Below, piece by piece: positions 36,682 to 51,000 of a DNA stretch of 64,000 bases. The DNA is from Phoronis australis (Eukaryota; Animalia; Phoronida). Location of the stretch: contig NMRA01000531.1 in assembly GCA_002633005.1 (NCBI GenBank), positions 202,590-266,589 on the forward strand. Reading direction: 5' to 3'. Under the pieces are notes generated by a model. The model was not told the origin of the DNA and did no database searches. It saw only the letters and a list, made by a program, of their open reading frames with translations. Position numbers and translations under genes: made by a program. Position 1 is the first letter of the stretch, and each line of letters starts with the position of its first letter.

Positions 36682-36839
36682 GCGAAAGTAAGGATGAGTT
36701 GGACAGTGTTGGTGCTACAAAGCCTCTAACACACTTAACGACCACTAGGCCAAAGGGACCGACCAATAAAAGGCCACCATCAGCAATGTTAAAGAAGGAG
36801 TCATCTCCCCCTATGTCCAATGATACACATACTGAGGAG
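36682..36839 (+). CDS. SH3KBP1: CIN85/CD2AP-like exon 11: capping-protein-interaction (CPI) motif
   Basis: ttcacag| acceptor (phase 1), GAG|gtaggt donor (phase 0); LTHLTTTRPKGPTNKRPPS fits the CPI consensus LxHxTxxRPKx6P. Confidence 0.92.
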
Positions 36840-37963
36840 GTAGGTGCTGGTTATCCCACCACTTTATTCTTTTTGGCTGTTGGAAAAGACAAAATCAAAA
36901 CGAGGGCACTTCAGTGTGCAAAACTGGCCTCGAAATGTTTTAATGGTGAGGCTATTTCCCTCGCCACTAAGACCATCCTGAGCATTTTTGTGTCAAAAAG
37001 CTCTTTGGAAAATCACGGGGCTGAGTAGCTCTTTCAAAATTTGACCACTCCAATTTAACGGCATTTTATCACCAAACTAGTATTATCATACCAAGGAAGA
37101 ACTAGTATTATCATACCAAGGAAGTTTTTCGAATCAATTTCATGGGCTTAACTGGCATATTTCTTAATTTTGCTTTTAAGCAGAGAGTGGAAAGGATGAT
37201 GTGCATTTAGTTTGGGTATCAGATAATGAATTTGAGTCAGTTATTGTCACAAACTGTGGTTTCTAGTTACTTAACTTTGTGATGTTTGGTACAGTTAATT
37301 GTAAAACATCTGTAAAACCAGTCAAAAAAGTTTAGGTTAGAAATTGATGTTTTTCTTTCTTGTATACCTTCTTCAAACCATGCTACTCGCCGTCACAAAT
37401 CTTTGTTAGATTTTAACTAGCTTGCTCTTAACCAGGGCAAGTGCATTATTAACAGTAGCCGCGAATTTGGAGCATTAAAGTACATGACAAAAGTAATTTG
37501 ACCAAAAAATTTCCTCACCCTGACCACTAATTCTGTTAATTTCAAATTTAAAGTGATAGGTAATGACTATTTAGGCGACATACTTTTCACTACAGCGTGG
37601 CTTGGCCACCTTACTACCTTTCTTAATTAATTCCTCTTCATCTCTTCATTCTGGTAGAGAGAGAAGTATACTCTGATATTGAATATGTCTTCTGCTCAGG
37701 TGTCATGACAGGGAATTCTGGGTCGTTTTGTCCGAATGCTTTTGGCGTGCACATTATGAGCAGAAGCCCATGTCGACCTAGTGTGTTGAGTTGTAGCACA
37801 AACTGTTTCCCAGTCCCCAAACAAAAGACTATTGTCCTAAAACTAAACATCACAACAGTGTTGGGCCATTCACAGCTAGAAGATGAGAAATGTAACATGT
37901 ATTGTAACATGTTGGGGTATTGTAACAAAATAAGTAAATCCTTGCTGTGCTGTTCTATTTAAG

Positions 37964-38018
37964 GTGGTTCAGAAACACAACCTGAAGGAGGAGCCTATCC
38001 TAGAAGTTCCCAGCAAAG
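37964..38018 (+). CDS. SH3KBP1: CIN85/CD2AP-like exon 12 (55 nt)
   Basis: ctatttaag| acceptor (phase 0), AAAG|gtaaag donor (phase 1); VVQKHNLKEEPILEVPSK; supplies the required phase change. Confidence 0.78.
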
Positions 38019-39208
38019 GTAAAGTCAAAACATTGCTGTGAAGTATGAGATCTGTAGCTTACTTGTATATTTGTATTTGGGCTAATTACAGTGCTCGGCG
38101 CTTAGCTTAACGCCAAGTCGCATTTGGTGACTTGGCAAAAATCCCAGGTCTCCAAATAATATCTAACGTTGCCAATTTGACGCGTGCTCCATTTTTAGGG
38201 TCTTGCCCATATCTCTGCAATTTCTCCCATTAACTGTTGTGTATTCATTCCCTAACTCAATTCTTTCCGTCAAGGAACAAACATAGAACGCAAATGATCG
38301 CATACTCTGGTCACGTGTATTTCACCGATCTTGCCCGATTGTCGATTGTCGCCGATCATTTCGGTCTTTCGTCTGTTTACTTTCTGTTGCTGACTGGTGT
38401 GGTGGCCATTGCATTGATTTCTCTAAGTAAATAGAAAGATTGTGAAACAAACTTTAAGGTAACAAATTTAGGAAAGTGTTAATGTTTGGAAGTCAACACG
38501 AACTTTGAAATGAATTTAGGAAGAATTGTATTCCTTATATTACTCATATTTGGGGCTTGGAAAAGCACTCGTCTGACGGTTTGCTATTGCCAGACTCGAA
38601 AGTTGATTTGTGTTATTTAATGAAGCAAGCTGTATAGAATTGTCTGACAGTTGTTTCCTACCCAAAAATCTTTTCTCGTCTCGGCATAGAATAAGTTGAG
38701 ACCAATTTTATAGCTGAAAGTGGTTGAAATAAATCAAATGTTTATTCTTTGATGGCCAAAGACTTTTTGATACCCATTTGAATTTCATGTCTCTTAAAGC
38801 TGAGAGAATCGAAATTAAAGTTATTTTTGAAAACCCATCAATTTGCCATGTTCTTATTAAGAAAGTCTGTTTTGCTGGATTTCCTTGTCATTGGTCAAAG
38901 GAAGCACAGAAATCATAAGAGGTCTAAGGAGATGGTCAGTACCATTGCCTGGCTGGTGTACACTAGTGACTCAATTAGAACCTCACTTTAGTGTTTAATT
39001 GTCAGGTTGTCATGACAGTTGTGCAAAGCATTTACTATTGGAATCATTACATATAGTCGATGCATCTCAGAGCTAGAAAATTTCAATTTTTTTGTGTATT
39101 CTTTTTCTTTTTAGTTAACAATGTCTTCACTCACCAGGCTTTTCGTCCTCTAACCTTGTCTCATTCCCTTGGTCACTAACTCAGTTCTTGTAATTGTACC
39201 TTTTCTAG

Positions 39209-39534
39209 AGCACAAGCCGCCAGCCCGACCAGCCAGTACCTACATGAAAACTGCTAATCACGTGTCCGACTCGACAACAACAGGTGGGGGAGAGAGTAGT
39301 GAGGCCATCGCAGACTTACGTCAACAGATAGGGAAGTTGAAGGAGCACAGTGTGAGCCGCGAACAACACGAGACGCTGAAGAGAGAGCTGGCCAAGTTGA
39401 GGGATGAGTTCAGCCATTACAAGACGAGCACGGACAAGAAAGTTAAAATGTTGATGAGCGATATTGATGAAGAAAAGAAGGCGCGGCTGACGATGCAAGT
39501 GGAACTAGATAGGTTGAAGAAACTGGTGGATTAG
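39209..39534 (+). CDS. SH3KBP1: CIN85/CD2AP-like exon 13 (terminal): C-terminal coiled coil
   Basis: ttttctag| acceptor (phase 1); ...DIDEEKKARLTMQVELDRLKKLVD* resembles the CIN85/CD2AP C-terminal coiled coil. Confidence 0.92.
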
Positions 39535-41335
39535 TGAACGAACGGGTATGGATAGTGGTGGCAATATTTTGTTGACTCTTGTAGGTAAGATGAAGGTAAT
39601 GCTGATTGGTTGGTGAAGTAGGAACTATTGTTGGAAAGCATTGACAACATTTACCAAGTGCTGTTTTTGTTCATGGTTATCTCTCCTATTGAAAGCTTTG
39701 GATGGAAAACTTGCTCGTGAATTGACAATTGCATCAGTAGGTGGTAAGATATTAGTGCTTCTCAAGTCTGATGTACCAGGGAAGTCTGTTAGCTCACAGC
39801 TGTTCTCACTCACGTGTTGCGTGCTAATCGATTGTTGTCACAGCTCCAAGTAAATTTGGCTAGCTCATTAACTAAATGTTTAGTTCTACTTTAAATTTAC
39901 TATACCTAAAATGATGGGAGTTCAGTAGAATTGGGTACATAGACTATGCAATTGACTAAGAGAAACCCATAAGTGCATATCAGTTTCAAAATGTTGCTCG
40001 TTAAATTATATCCTGACCAAACGTCTGAATTCTTCATTTTTACAGTCACCTTGTTTCTGCGTAATGTTTTGGTCCGTGTTCACTTGACCCGCGCTTTGTG
40101 TGTTGATCATTTGTTTTTCAGATTTTGATATTGAGGTATGTCATTCATGGCTTGGTAGTCGTGTAGTGTTCTTTACATATTTTTGTCTAGTAATGAGATA
40201 TGGTTTCTCTAACAGTTCTTATAATTATAGGCAGATAAAACAAATTAATTTGAAAGTATGGGTCTAGTGCAAAATATTACTCATGCTGTGGCTGAATGCT
40301 AGTTCAACATGTAATTTCTTTGCTACTGGGTAGCAGGTACGTGGGATATGCTTATGAAACCATGTGCCAACATTTTGAGCAATGGAAAACGTTGATTTGA
40401 CTCTAGATGTAATATTAGTCCTGGAAGTCATTGGCCATTGATGACCACAGCAGAATAGCAAGAAGGGTTTCTAGCTGAACACCACACAGATGAATTCCTG
40501 TTCATTGTCCAGCTTGTACTCCAGACTGTTGTTCAATTTTTCGATAGTTAACATATGTGCCATTGAGGTTTTTGAAGCATGTATTTTGTTGCTGATGATT
40601 TTGATTACGACTGGCTACATTCTCAAGTGCTGAATTCATTTTCTTAACTCTATGATGATATTGACTTTGCGTGTTCGCTTATTTTTTTGACATTAATCTA
40701 TTTCATGGAAACAGAAGTAGGTGAGGCACAACACTTGATCATGAAATGCTGTTATTGGACATTAAGGCATTTTCAAGTCGTGTTTTATGATGAAGTTAAT
40801 TATTTTCTTGTTTGCATGTGCATCTTCACATCATTCCTTTTCCAATCCTCATATACCCCTATTTTCTGACTTTATGTGTTTGCAGCCAAGCTGTGTCTTC
40901 TACATCCTGTTTTTAGCTGGCAAACACTGTCCCATCAAAATTTTATTGTCTTGGCTTTAGTCTAAAATTATTAGCCTGGTGGCAGATTTAGCTTACGACT
41001 GAAAACTAGGGACTAGCATTTGTCCTCATCTAATGGGCAGTATATAAGTTTCAGCTTCTCACCACCCATGGTAAAAATTCCAAAGGCCTTTATTTTTGAA
41101 GCAAGTTTTTGTCTTTTTGTTGTAGATACAACAACCAATTACAGAAGTTGGTGTATCACTCCTCATGTGAATCTTATCTGTAACCATTACCTAACTTGAA
41201 CATACTTATCTGGTTTGTGAAATTGTATATATAATGTATTGTTATATGTTTATAATTAATTTTGCTTAAATATTTATGATTATTCGTACCTGGTGTCACT
41301 TGAAGCACTATCAATGTATAAAGCCCACATACTGT

Positions 41336-41341
41336 AATAAA
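41336..41341 (+). promoter_or_regulatory. Candidate polyadenylation signal of the canonical CIN85-like transcript
   Basis: AATAAA after an AT-rich, 3'UTR-like tract and followed by a GT/T-rich element. Confidence 0.4.
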
Positions 41342-44300
41342 ACTGCTGAACATTTTTTCTGTGTACAGGTTTTCTCTTGGTAAATTGGCTGTCGTAATAT
41401 TTTGGAAATCAAACTGTATAATTGCACAAGAAAGAATGACAGATTGTACCTGTTGTTATGTGACACTGAACAACTAAACAAGGGAAACACAGACAACGAA
41501 GTATGAACAAAGTATGGAAAGAGTTGGGAAGAGCACAGCAGGTGTGTTTAGTTTTATTACTTTAATTGTCCATCTCAAAAAATCCAGTGGTAGGTATTAG
41601 AAAATAAGAAAAACTTTTGCTTGGAATGACCAATGACAAAAATGAGGAAAATTTTCTAGTTGATTTATTGTTCCACAGTATCGGTTCAATAGGCTTGAAT
41701 GATAGATATTTTTGTGTTGTAAAATTTAATTTAAACATTTTTGCATAAACTAAGTCTAAATAATGACAAAAAAGAGACGAGAAAAGAGGAAATCGAAACC
41801 AAAAAAGAGGAACTCTTCTTAAAAAGATTAAAATTCCAAGCCTTGAGAAGTCTGAGGGTGGGTACTTGCCCAAAGGGTCGAGTGGGTTAATGTTAATACC
41901 CAGAGTCACACTGACACTGGACTTCACATACGCACAATGTCTTGACCCAGCTTGTTTATTTTGATCCAAATACTGTGGCTGCATGTAAGGAGGTGCACTG
42001 CTCATGCCTTGGTTCTTATGTAAAACCAGTACAAAACATTGGTCAAGTCAGTTGTACACAAACTGTGAACACTCGTTGTGCCTAAAAAGATTAGCTCGTC
42101 AGTTACAAGTATAAGAAAACTAGAGATAGGTGCAACAAGACTTTATTAACACAGTGTATCCATTTAATGACATAAAATATGTCACACTTTTTCAATTATA
42201 CAGAATTTGTTGAATACACGACACTTTTCATTTTTCACGGTCTTTATTCCGTTGCGTTCATACTTTCTGAACAAAACTCTACTTTCTACTGAACATAGAT
42301 ACAGTAACTGACCTAGCGACATAATTAAAAAGACACACTTTTTCAATGAGAATAATTCCAAACAAAAACCCTTATATTTATATGCTTCGTTCTGGAAGCA
42401 TAATCAAGGCAGAGGAAGTTCTTGTCTCACCTTTGAAAACTGTGTTACTTGAACACCCCGCCCACTGGGGTTATTAGTCACTTTAAACAAAATACAAGAA
42501 CAGCAATGCACATACAATTTGATACGAAGCTAGCTCAAAACTATTTAAGAAATTAAGTGAACAAAAAATTTTGTTTTTTATTAAAAGCACCTTCTATATA
42601 TCTAGCCAGATCATAGCAAAACTGCTACATAAAATAGCAAGTTTGTTCTCAGAACTGAACAGGTCGAAATCCAGGAGAATAAATAGTGTTATTTTATCAA
42701 ACAACAAAACACTTAAATCGTCATAAGGTTGAGCCATTGGCAACCATTATGTATCCTGTAACTGATATGTTTGTAATCTCTCAACAAATTCTATCCTTTA
42801 TTTCTCTTTGATCTCCACTACTCAATAATTGAAAAAACATCCAAAGGCCCCTCAAAAAGAGTGAGCCAGCACTGAAGGTTGTGTAGCACCTTAACTTGTG
42901 TATTTAGCCAAATTGCTCAAAAACTAGACATCATTAACTGCATTAAAGTATATATTTTCTGAAAGATCAGCACTTGTAGAATGTGATTTATGCCTGTACC
43001 AATCTGCTACCTTGTGTTTTTAGTAAAATTTAGCAAAAAGGAAGGTACAACCATAACAAAACAACGGTATCAATAAAATGACCAGATTTTGTTTGATATA
43101 AATGCACAAGAACTTTCAAAACACCATTGCAGTTTTCTCACTTTTTTGCTTTCTTTTGATGCCGCTTTTGAGTTTTTTCATCAAAATCATAAGTTAAATT
43201 TCTGTTGGCCTCTCGTGCAAAAATGGAATACATTCAAATTAATTCCCAAAAGCATTTTGGCAAGCAGTGCATTAAATATGGTGTCTAAATGTTTGATGTA
43301 AATAAGACCATGAAGTTTCAAAGTTTCCCAAATCTGGCCATTTTTCGATGGTCTAACATAAACTTGACGAGCCTGTGCATTTACCTAAATATCTACAAAA
43401 CACTAGATTTTAACTCAGTAAACACTACATATTTTATGAAAGGGACTTTGTACTAATCGGCGGTAATTGGGTTGCCCAACAATGTCTTTGGCAAAATTTA
43501 GTAAAAAGAAAGGTACAGATACCAGAACAAAAGCATTAAATACACATTCAAATTTTATTTCATTATTTATATCTCAAAAACGGCATTACAGTTTTCTAAA
43601 CTGTCATTTTGTTTCATGTAACTAACTAAAAGTTCTTTCATCAAAATCAAACTTCTGATTGTCCCTCATGTATAATTGAAACAGATTTTAAACACAATTC
43701 CTACCACAGTATTGGAGAACACAGTATAAAGCATGGTATGAGTAAATTTCATTATGAATCTGATCACCGATGTATGAGATATTATGATCCGAATCTAGCC
43801 ACATTTGAACATTTTGTCTTGGGTCCTACATAACCTTACAGACAGCAAGATTGGGACAGAAAAACACGACACGCAATTTACAGCATGTTTGAACGGAGTA
43901 GTAAGATTTCTATCTCTAAATACAATTTGCTTTAAGTATATAATAGACATACAATCAACGAGACAAGGACACACAAACAAACACAGACATGCATATCAGA
44001 GATTCTTCATTAAATACCGGGTAAATAACCTATATCAAGTATGTAGTTGTTAGCTATAAATGACCAGCCAGGGTTTCCGTTGTTCAGTATATTGCACAAG
44101 CTCATTATTTTTTAGAAGGATGTTTTTTGGATACTCAGTTCAGAGTACTTGTAAGAATATACCACTGACATCTCTCCAGGCACAAACCACCGTAATAACA
44201 TTTCAGGACTACAGCTTTTGTACACCTGACCTAAAAATTAACTTAAAACTGGCCATGGGCTTTGACCAGTGTTTGGATTCCTTGCTTAGAAGGTGGAGTA

Positions 44301-45317
44301 TTAGTTCATCTTTAAGCTCTGTGCATATTACATGTGCAATTTACCATCATATGTTTAAGTACTCTTGTCCAACTGCAAATAGAGTGTTACAACATTATGA
44401 TGGTTTGGAGCTAACTGATTGAGCAGTGGTTTTATGAAAACACCAATGACTTAAATGAGATCTAGTAAAATTACTGTAACATAATTCTGTAATATCCAGG
44501 AAAAAATAATATACAGGCAATGGAATGTGTGTTTAAGTATATATTATGTTAAAATCATCATTTAACCACCAATCATTAAAGTGCACTAACAATAATAACC
44601 AAATGACTTTGTACAGAAGCCAAACAATACTGCAATATACGCAGAGTACAGGAGGATAAAATATAATGAGATGAATTTTCACACGTTTATACATATTACA
44701 AGTAAAGTCAGTCAAGCATGATTGGTGACTCATGAGGGCATTCTCCTGTTTAGTGACTTGACAGATGTAAAGGGTTGTGAGCCTGTGATAACATCTAGCT
44801 CCTTTGTTAACTGACAAACAGTCTTTTGTCTGGTATGACAACAGGCAGGCCAATTATCTACCAGGCTTATTACAGACTACATGTGAATACAGAAAGCCAA
44901 TTGGTATGTTCCGAAAGAATAGATTGTCGTAATTTCGGTTGTAGTTGGACGACTTTGGCGATTCAAAAACTAAACATGATCAGCATTTGGTGAGAAATTC
45001 AGAAACGCTATTGGTTTATGTTCAAATATGTAATAATAACTTAACTTATATTTTCACAGTACAGACCAGTCAGGCTAGATATGATCCTACTGGAGATTAG
45101 ATTCCGAACTTGTTGCTGAGCTATAGAATCAAACAAGTTGGGAGCAACGGGAAAACCACGTAATGAGGAAGTCTAACTGTCCTGGTGAAAATGGGATAGA
45201 GCAATTCTTACTAGTCTGAGGTGGTGTATCATGCACCATTAAATTGACTGAAGTTAAACAATATATCCACCAGCCTCCTTTTCATGGTATTCACTGTATG
45301 TGAGGCACTCGATGTAG

Positions 45318-45538
45318 CTACACTGAACTTTCCTTCTTGTACTGTTCAGTCAGATAAGTAAGAAGATCAGAACTTCCGTTGTCACCGGAAACACTTTCAC
45401 GTGCAATGTGTACAATGTGGTCTGGATTTGCCTCACGTGGGCATTTGTTCTGGAATATTTGGCACCCTTTGACGACTACTTCGCGAATTTGGTTGGGGTT
45501 TTCCATAACTAGGTTTTCAATTTGACCACCGGTGAAAC
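45318..45538 (-). CDS. Death-domain protein, terminal exon
   Basis: ctattttcag| acceptor (phase 1); GFTGGQIENLVMENPNQIREVVVKGCQIFQNKCPREANPDHIVHIARESVSGDNGSSDLLTYLTEQYKKESSV*. Confidence 0.72.
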
Positions 45539-46630
45539 CTGAAAATAGTAAAGTCAGTAAGTGGCATTTCATTGCCCAACTGGTACTCCAAATGCTTCCT
45601 CCAGGTTGTGATTGAAAGAATTCCACATTACAGTATGTTAACAACTGGATTTTTCAGGAAACAGAGACAGAATCTGTCAGAGACAATGGCGGACATTGCT
45701 GGTAAATTTTTGACCAAGATCCGCCACCTCATTATTACCTGTGGTTCATTACAGGCCAACCATCAGAACACAAAGCCCAAATCCGATTATCTACATGCCC
45801 ACTGTAATTGGTTTACACACAAACATGAACTTTCTGTATATAGTTTTAAGATGAGCGTGTGATCAGAACACACACACTTGCTCAATTATGATTTATGCCT
45901 TTGTGCATCAATTTTGGGGACCCCTCTTTGTCAAGTGCCATGCTTTTGTGTTTTCCTCCACAAGGCTTGAATATGAGCACCATGGCTGTATGTAAAACTA
46001 AATTTCGACATGCATCAATTGTCAAGATATTTTTGACACTGCGGTCCATAGAAACACTTGCAACCCGATCTGCTTAAAAGTTGTTACGTTCCAAAAAACA
46101 CACTAGCCAAATTCACGAGAAATCCTGAGAGGGGTTTAAGAGATGCCAAACAGATGCATTAGTATGGTTTAACAGGCTACGCCATAAACACTATCAGAGC
46201 AATTACTGAATACACAAATAACATTTAAAGTTAATAAAAATATGTTAACCGTACTCACAGCAAAAAATACAGGAATCACTGAGGCTTTCAACAGCTATTC
46301 GCCATCTTGTTCACTCTCATAATGTCCACTAGGGAGGAAACGTCTGCTCTTCAATAAAGATTGTAGATTCTGAGAAATTGGTACTTCCCACTGTCTATTC
46401 AAGCTTTAGCTGTGAATTGTGATATAACTCCTTCACTCCAAATTTGAACCAGATAAAATCTTTGTCAAGGATTGTCACTTCAATTCAGTCAATAGCATAA
46501 TCCCCACAACAGATAAATTGGGGCTGCTAGGTCATCTATGTTCTGCTAATCTAGTAGCCAATGACCGATTAGATTCACCAAATGTAGCCTGCTGAGCAGT
46601 CCCAACAGTGTAAAGACTGATTCACTCAGT

Positions 46631-46927
46631 ATGAAAGAAAAATCTGGAACTGTGTATGACATTAAATGTAAGGACTGCCCAGTAGACTACACTGGTGCAT
46701 CTAGTCTGGCTACCAGATTAGCAGAACATAGACGGCCTGGCAGCACCAATTCACCTGTTGTGGGGCTTATGTTAGAATCTGGATATGCTACTGACCTTCA
46801 AAATGATTTTAATGTGTTCAAGCGGGGAGTGAAGGAATCTATTCATATCGCAATCCACAGCTCCAGCTTGACAAGAGATGATGGGATATACCAACTTCCC
46901 AGAATCTACAACCAATATTCCGAATAG
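46631..46927 (+). mobile_element. Penelope-like retroelement remnant (GIY-YIG endonuclease C-terminus)
   Basis: KSGTVYDIKCKDCPVDYTG...LATRLAEHRR...KRGVKESIHI...LTRDDG. Confidence 0.75.
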
Positions 46928-47621
46928 CAGACACTTCCAACCTGATCATAATGACACCTAGTGAACATTCTCGGAGTGAACGAGATGGCATATAGCTATC
47001 GGAAGACTCTCAACGATTCCTTTAATTTATTGCTGTGAGTGCGGTGTAGATCTTATTATGATGATTACCTTTCACCAACATTTTAAGTCGTTTACTTAAT
47101 TTCCAAGTCATTAAGAGACCTCTCTTTGAGTTACTGACTCATGGAGATGCTCGGCTTTGTCGGATCACAAATTTCTCATGAAAGTCGTTTTTGTGCATTA
47201 AAGTTTCAAGGTTTGGCACAAACCAGTGCAAAATGAATCGAATAGACTCTGTGAGGAGGGTCTTGTAGGATTATCTGAGTAGGAGCATAGCTTGAAAAAT
47301 CTGTATCTAACAAATTTCCTAAGAGAGATCATGGTTTTAGTTTCAACTATTAGGAAGAGCAAAGTTTCAAGGTATGACACAAAATGTGTGCACTGCAAAA
47401 CATATATGGATTCAGTGAGGAGCAATGTGTGTCTCATATATGTATGTCTATCTATTGTACAGTATTACTACAGCACGAGCTGTTTAAAGATTGCTTGAAA
47501 TCAAACTTACAAATATTTGGCAGCCGGGATAAACAACTATGAATTTTCCCTGTACAGGATCTTAAAAATAATGCCAAGTTTCTCAAAAAAAAGTAATAAT
47601 ACATATTAAAGGAATAAGTTG

Positions 47622-49195
47622 AGATCGTTCAAAAAACTGACTCAGTTCATTTCTGAATTAAGTCTAAAATTTGTCTCAACTTCTAATTTTTGAAACTTCC
47701 ACATTCGGTAAGATAGTTAAAATGAAGGCAAAAACTTATTTTAAGTAAATCTCTTAAAGGCAAAGGCAACCTTTTTTCACGCCATTTTCAGCAAAAATAG
47801 GGTTCGTTGATTATCCCAGACATATTTTTCACTTATTTACAGCTTTTCGTAATTTAATTAATTACTCGTCGTCTACTCCGGAAGTGACGTTTTGGGAGGC
47901 AAGAATTTCGCGCCAATTTCTTTTCATACTTTCCGACTGTTAGAGCAGTCGAGTCAGTCATTGTTCTACCTCGGTTGTGATAAGTTCGGTCGTCATTTGC
48001 TTTTGAGTCAGTCAACATGCCACGCTGTTGCTGCCTACCGAGAAGTACTCATTATCGTCTCACGTACAGAGGAATAACTGTCCCACTTGCCCGAGTGTCC
48101 TGCGACACACTCCCAGTGGATGGTGACTTTAGCACCCAAACTGCTTACATCCCGCCGTGCGACTCCCTCGTCACACACATGGCACCTTCTAAATAGCTCC
48201 AATAGAACTCCACAACAAACTTATCAAACTTAGGCTCAACGATCTGTTCATTGGATGACGAACTGTCCATTTCACTGGGTGCCAAACTGGGCCTGTATTC
48301 ACTCCCACTACTCAACATCGCTGCAGGGCAGCTTACAGACTCTGGGCTAGAGACAACAGCACATGGGGAATCACTGCTAGTTCCTTGAATTGCACGCTAT
48401 AGCATAGGTGACAGTAGATGAAGTGCCTCCAGTCACTGTTTATAGTGGCCACAGCTCGCAAGGCTTCTCGCTTCAAAAACGCACTTCTCGGGGGTGGCGA
48501 CGGCCGACGGGGCACTGCCGGTATGGAACCCTTCTTCAGGCGTCGTTCCGCAGGGACCTTCATCAATTCAGCGTACATATCTCTGTCATAATCTAACGGC
48601 TGAAAATGCTTGCCACTGCTTTGTACGTTGCGTGAACGGGTAGCGCTGCGTTCTTCACACGAACGAGCTAGCCAAGTACGGCGAAGTGCGTCATCCTTCA
48701 GAAAGCGATGCAAGTTACCCAAAGCGCGCGAGACGATAATGAGGACATCCTGGTACACGGCAACAGTGCGGCATGTTGACTGACTTGTAAACAAAAGCAA
48801 ATGACGACCGAACTTACCACATCCGAGGTAGAACAATGACTCACTCGAAAGCTCTCACAGTCTGACTGTATGAAAAGAAATTGGCGCAAAATTCTTGCCT
48901 CCTAAAACGTCACTTCCGGAGTAGAGGACGAGAAATTAATTAAATTACGAAAAGCTGTAATTCAGTGAAAAATATGTCTGGGATCATCAACAGACCTTAT
49001 CTTTGCTAAACGTGACATGAAAAAAGGTTGCATTCGCCTTTAAGAGATTGACTTTAAATAAGTGTTTGCCTTCATTTTAACTATCTTACCGAATGTGTGA
49101 ATTGAAACGGGCTTGAGACAAGTTTAAGTTCCACCTTAAAATTGATAGAAATTTAAGATTGGTCTTAACTATGTCAGTTTTCCTGGAACGAGCCT
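47622..49195. mobile_element. Palindromic MITE host into which the Kolobok element inserted
   Basis: Inverted match continues outside the TTAA sites: acattcggtaagatagttaaaatgaaggcaaa / tttgccttcattttaactatcttaccgaatgt. Confidence 0.55.
47758..49039 (-). mobile_element. Kolobok-type DNA transposon, internally deleted, with THAP remnant
   Basis: AGG...CCT ends, TTAA on both sides (47754-47757, 49040-49043), ~300-bp TIRs; frameshifted THAP (MPHCCRVPGC...LHRF..D...RRTWL...KHF...RLKKGSIP) and a CxxC...CxxGH...W motif (LLELFRRCHVC...WECVAGHSGKWDS). Confidence 0.8.
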
Positions 49196-49294
49196 CAGGA
49201 TGTTGTTCATTATATATAATTTTAGGCAGAAGGGAAGTTTTTATGTCTGGTAGTTTCTTGCCATGCCTGAAGTATTAGAAATTAGGAGCCTCAC

Positions 49295-49375
49295 CTAATT
49301 CTCCTAGAAATTTCTTGAAGTCATCTCCAAGCACATAATCACCCAAGTATTCAGCAACATCTATGAATCTATCAC
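49295..49375 (-). CDS. Death-domain protein, penultimate exon
   Basis: cattgtag| acceptor and TTAG|gtgagg donor, 81 nt, phase 1 to 1; DRFIDVAEYLGDYVLGDDFKKFLGEL joins GFTGGQIE to give the death-fold LGF...QI pattern. Confidence 0.72.
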
Positions 49376-50042
49376 CTACAATGAAAGCGTCACAACTTTG
49401 GTTCAGGTGCCACAACTAAAATTCTTTGAACACAATGCGGGTCTTCATTGCCACAATTGTATCCCGAAATAAAACAGCAAGATCAACGTAGAGCACGTAC
49501 TGATGCACCCACCTTGTACATCGCAAAGGGTAAACAAATACGAGCTTATAATTTCAAATACCTCCGCGGTAGTCAAGTACTTACTTGGTAAATCAACAAC
49601 AGTTGTGCAGGCTCTCTTCATTGGGAACACATACTGGAGCACATTTTACAAAATTATTGTGCATCGAAGAACGTTACCGTAATGTATGGCAGATGCAATA
49701 TCATTAAGTCACGAGGGTCCCCACAGTAGTTCAAAAATTGATACGAGTCATGCTAATTCCCTAATAGCAACACGCATGTTGAATTTCTTGAAGATACATC
49801 AGAATTCAAACTTGGAAGATCTTAATGCCCCAGTGTTAAGAAAAGTAAAATTGCCACTAGAGGGCACTACATCACAATTAACAATTCGAAAAAGTTAATG
49901 TCCGGTCAGCCATGCCCTTCTCAGTAGGAACTCATCTGCCAACTTTCAAGAATCTTTCAGCAGTTTGTGAATATTAGGGAGCAAGAGAGAGAGGACGAAC
50001 CCATCTGGACACATACCAGAACTTCGTTCAAAGCCAAACTTC

Positions 50043-51000
50043 AAAACAAGAGCAACGCAGAGCGATGAAATGCACCCACAAATGCACCGCAAACAGGGTG
50101 CTACTAGGGTTGTTTATTTGTATCATAAAAATGGCCACTAGATGGCGCAAAAACTTCCAATCCATCCGAAAACGGGAACATGCCTTCACTTCTTTCATAG
50201 AAAGCAGTTTACCAAATTTCAAAATAATTTGTCTAGGAACTTCTGATCAGGGAAACCGAAAGAAATGAAATTGCCACTAAGGAGCATAACATTCGTTGAA
50301 TCTGCATGAAAGTCGTTGTCATCTGTTGTTAGCTTCACATAAATACACTTAATACTAAATTTAATAAAGATCCTGCAGTGGGTTTAGGAGATACAGCTAT
50401 GGGCACAAAACAAAACAAAACTACCACTAGGAGGTGCAACAATACTTAAAGTCATCGAAAAATCATCATTAGCCATCGTCTTCATAGTACGAACATACGT
50501 GCTAAATTCCACAATCATCCTTAGAGTGGTTTGGTTAATAGAGGGGTGGACGCCAAAAAACTTGAAAACAGTAAGAATGGTCACTAAGTGGTGCAAACTA
50601 CATCAAATCCATCCAAAAACAGAAGGATATTATCATCTCACTAATAGATACCTATATGCCAAATTTTATGAAAGTTCATTGAGGACTTTTGAAGATACAA
50701 AGGTAATCATAAAAAACTAATTAAAAATTGCCACTAGGGGGCACACCGGTAATCAGATCCGTCCGAAAGTCGTCTGTCGTCAACATTACATAAATACACT
50801 TGCTAACTTTAGTAAAGATCCTGCAAACGGTTTAGGAGATACAACCATGGGCACAAAAAGAACAAAACTGCCACTGGGAGGCGCCACAGTAGTCAAATTT
50901 GTCAGAAAATCATCATAAGCCATCTTCTTCAAAGTAAGAAGATACATGCCAATTTTCACAATCTTCCTTAGAGCGGTTTGGTTGATAGAGGGTTGGACGA
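50043..51000 (-). mobile_element. Helentron/HINE-like element, 3' part
   Basis: aacaagagcaacgcagagcg...gcacccaca is the reverse complement of the 3' end at ~12036-12075; same core repeats. Confidence 0.65.

Noticed and set aside
37076-37123. Short perfect tandem duplication of actagtattatcataccaaggaag
   Set aside because: Ordinary local intronic duplication with no sign of function.
41562-42005. 147-aa minus-strand ORF (MSSAPPYMQPQY...)
   Set aside because: No recognisable domain, a low-complexity F/L/S tail from A-rich sequence, and no convincing splice partners.
46253-46312. aagATGGCG...|gtgagt first-exon-like segment on the minus strand
   Set aside because: Stop at codon 6 (MANSC*) and no compatible downstream exon found; could be non-coding or TE-derived.
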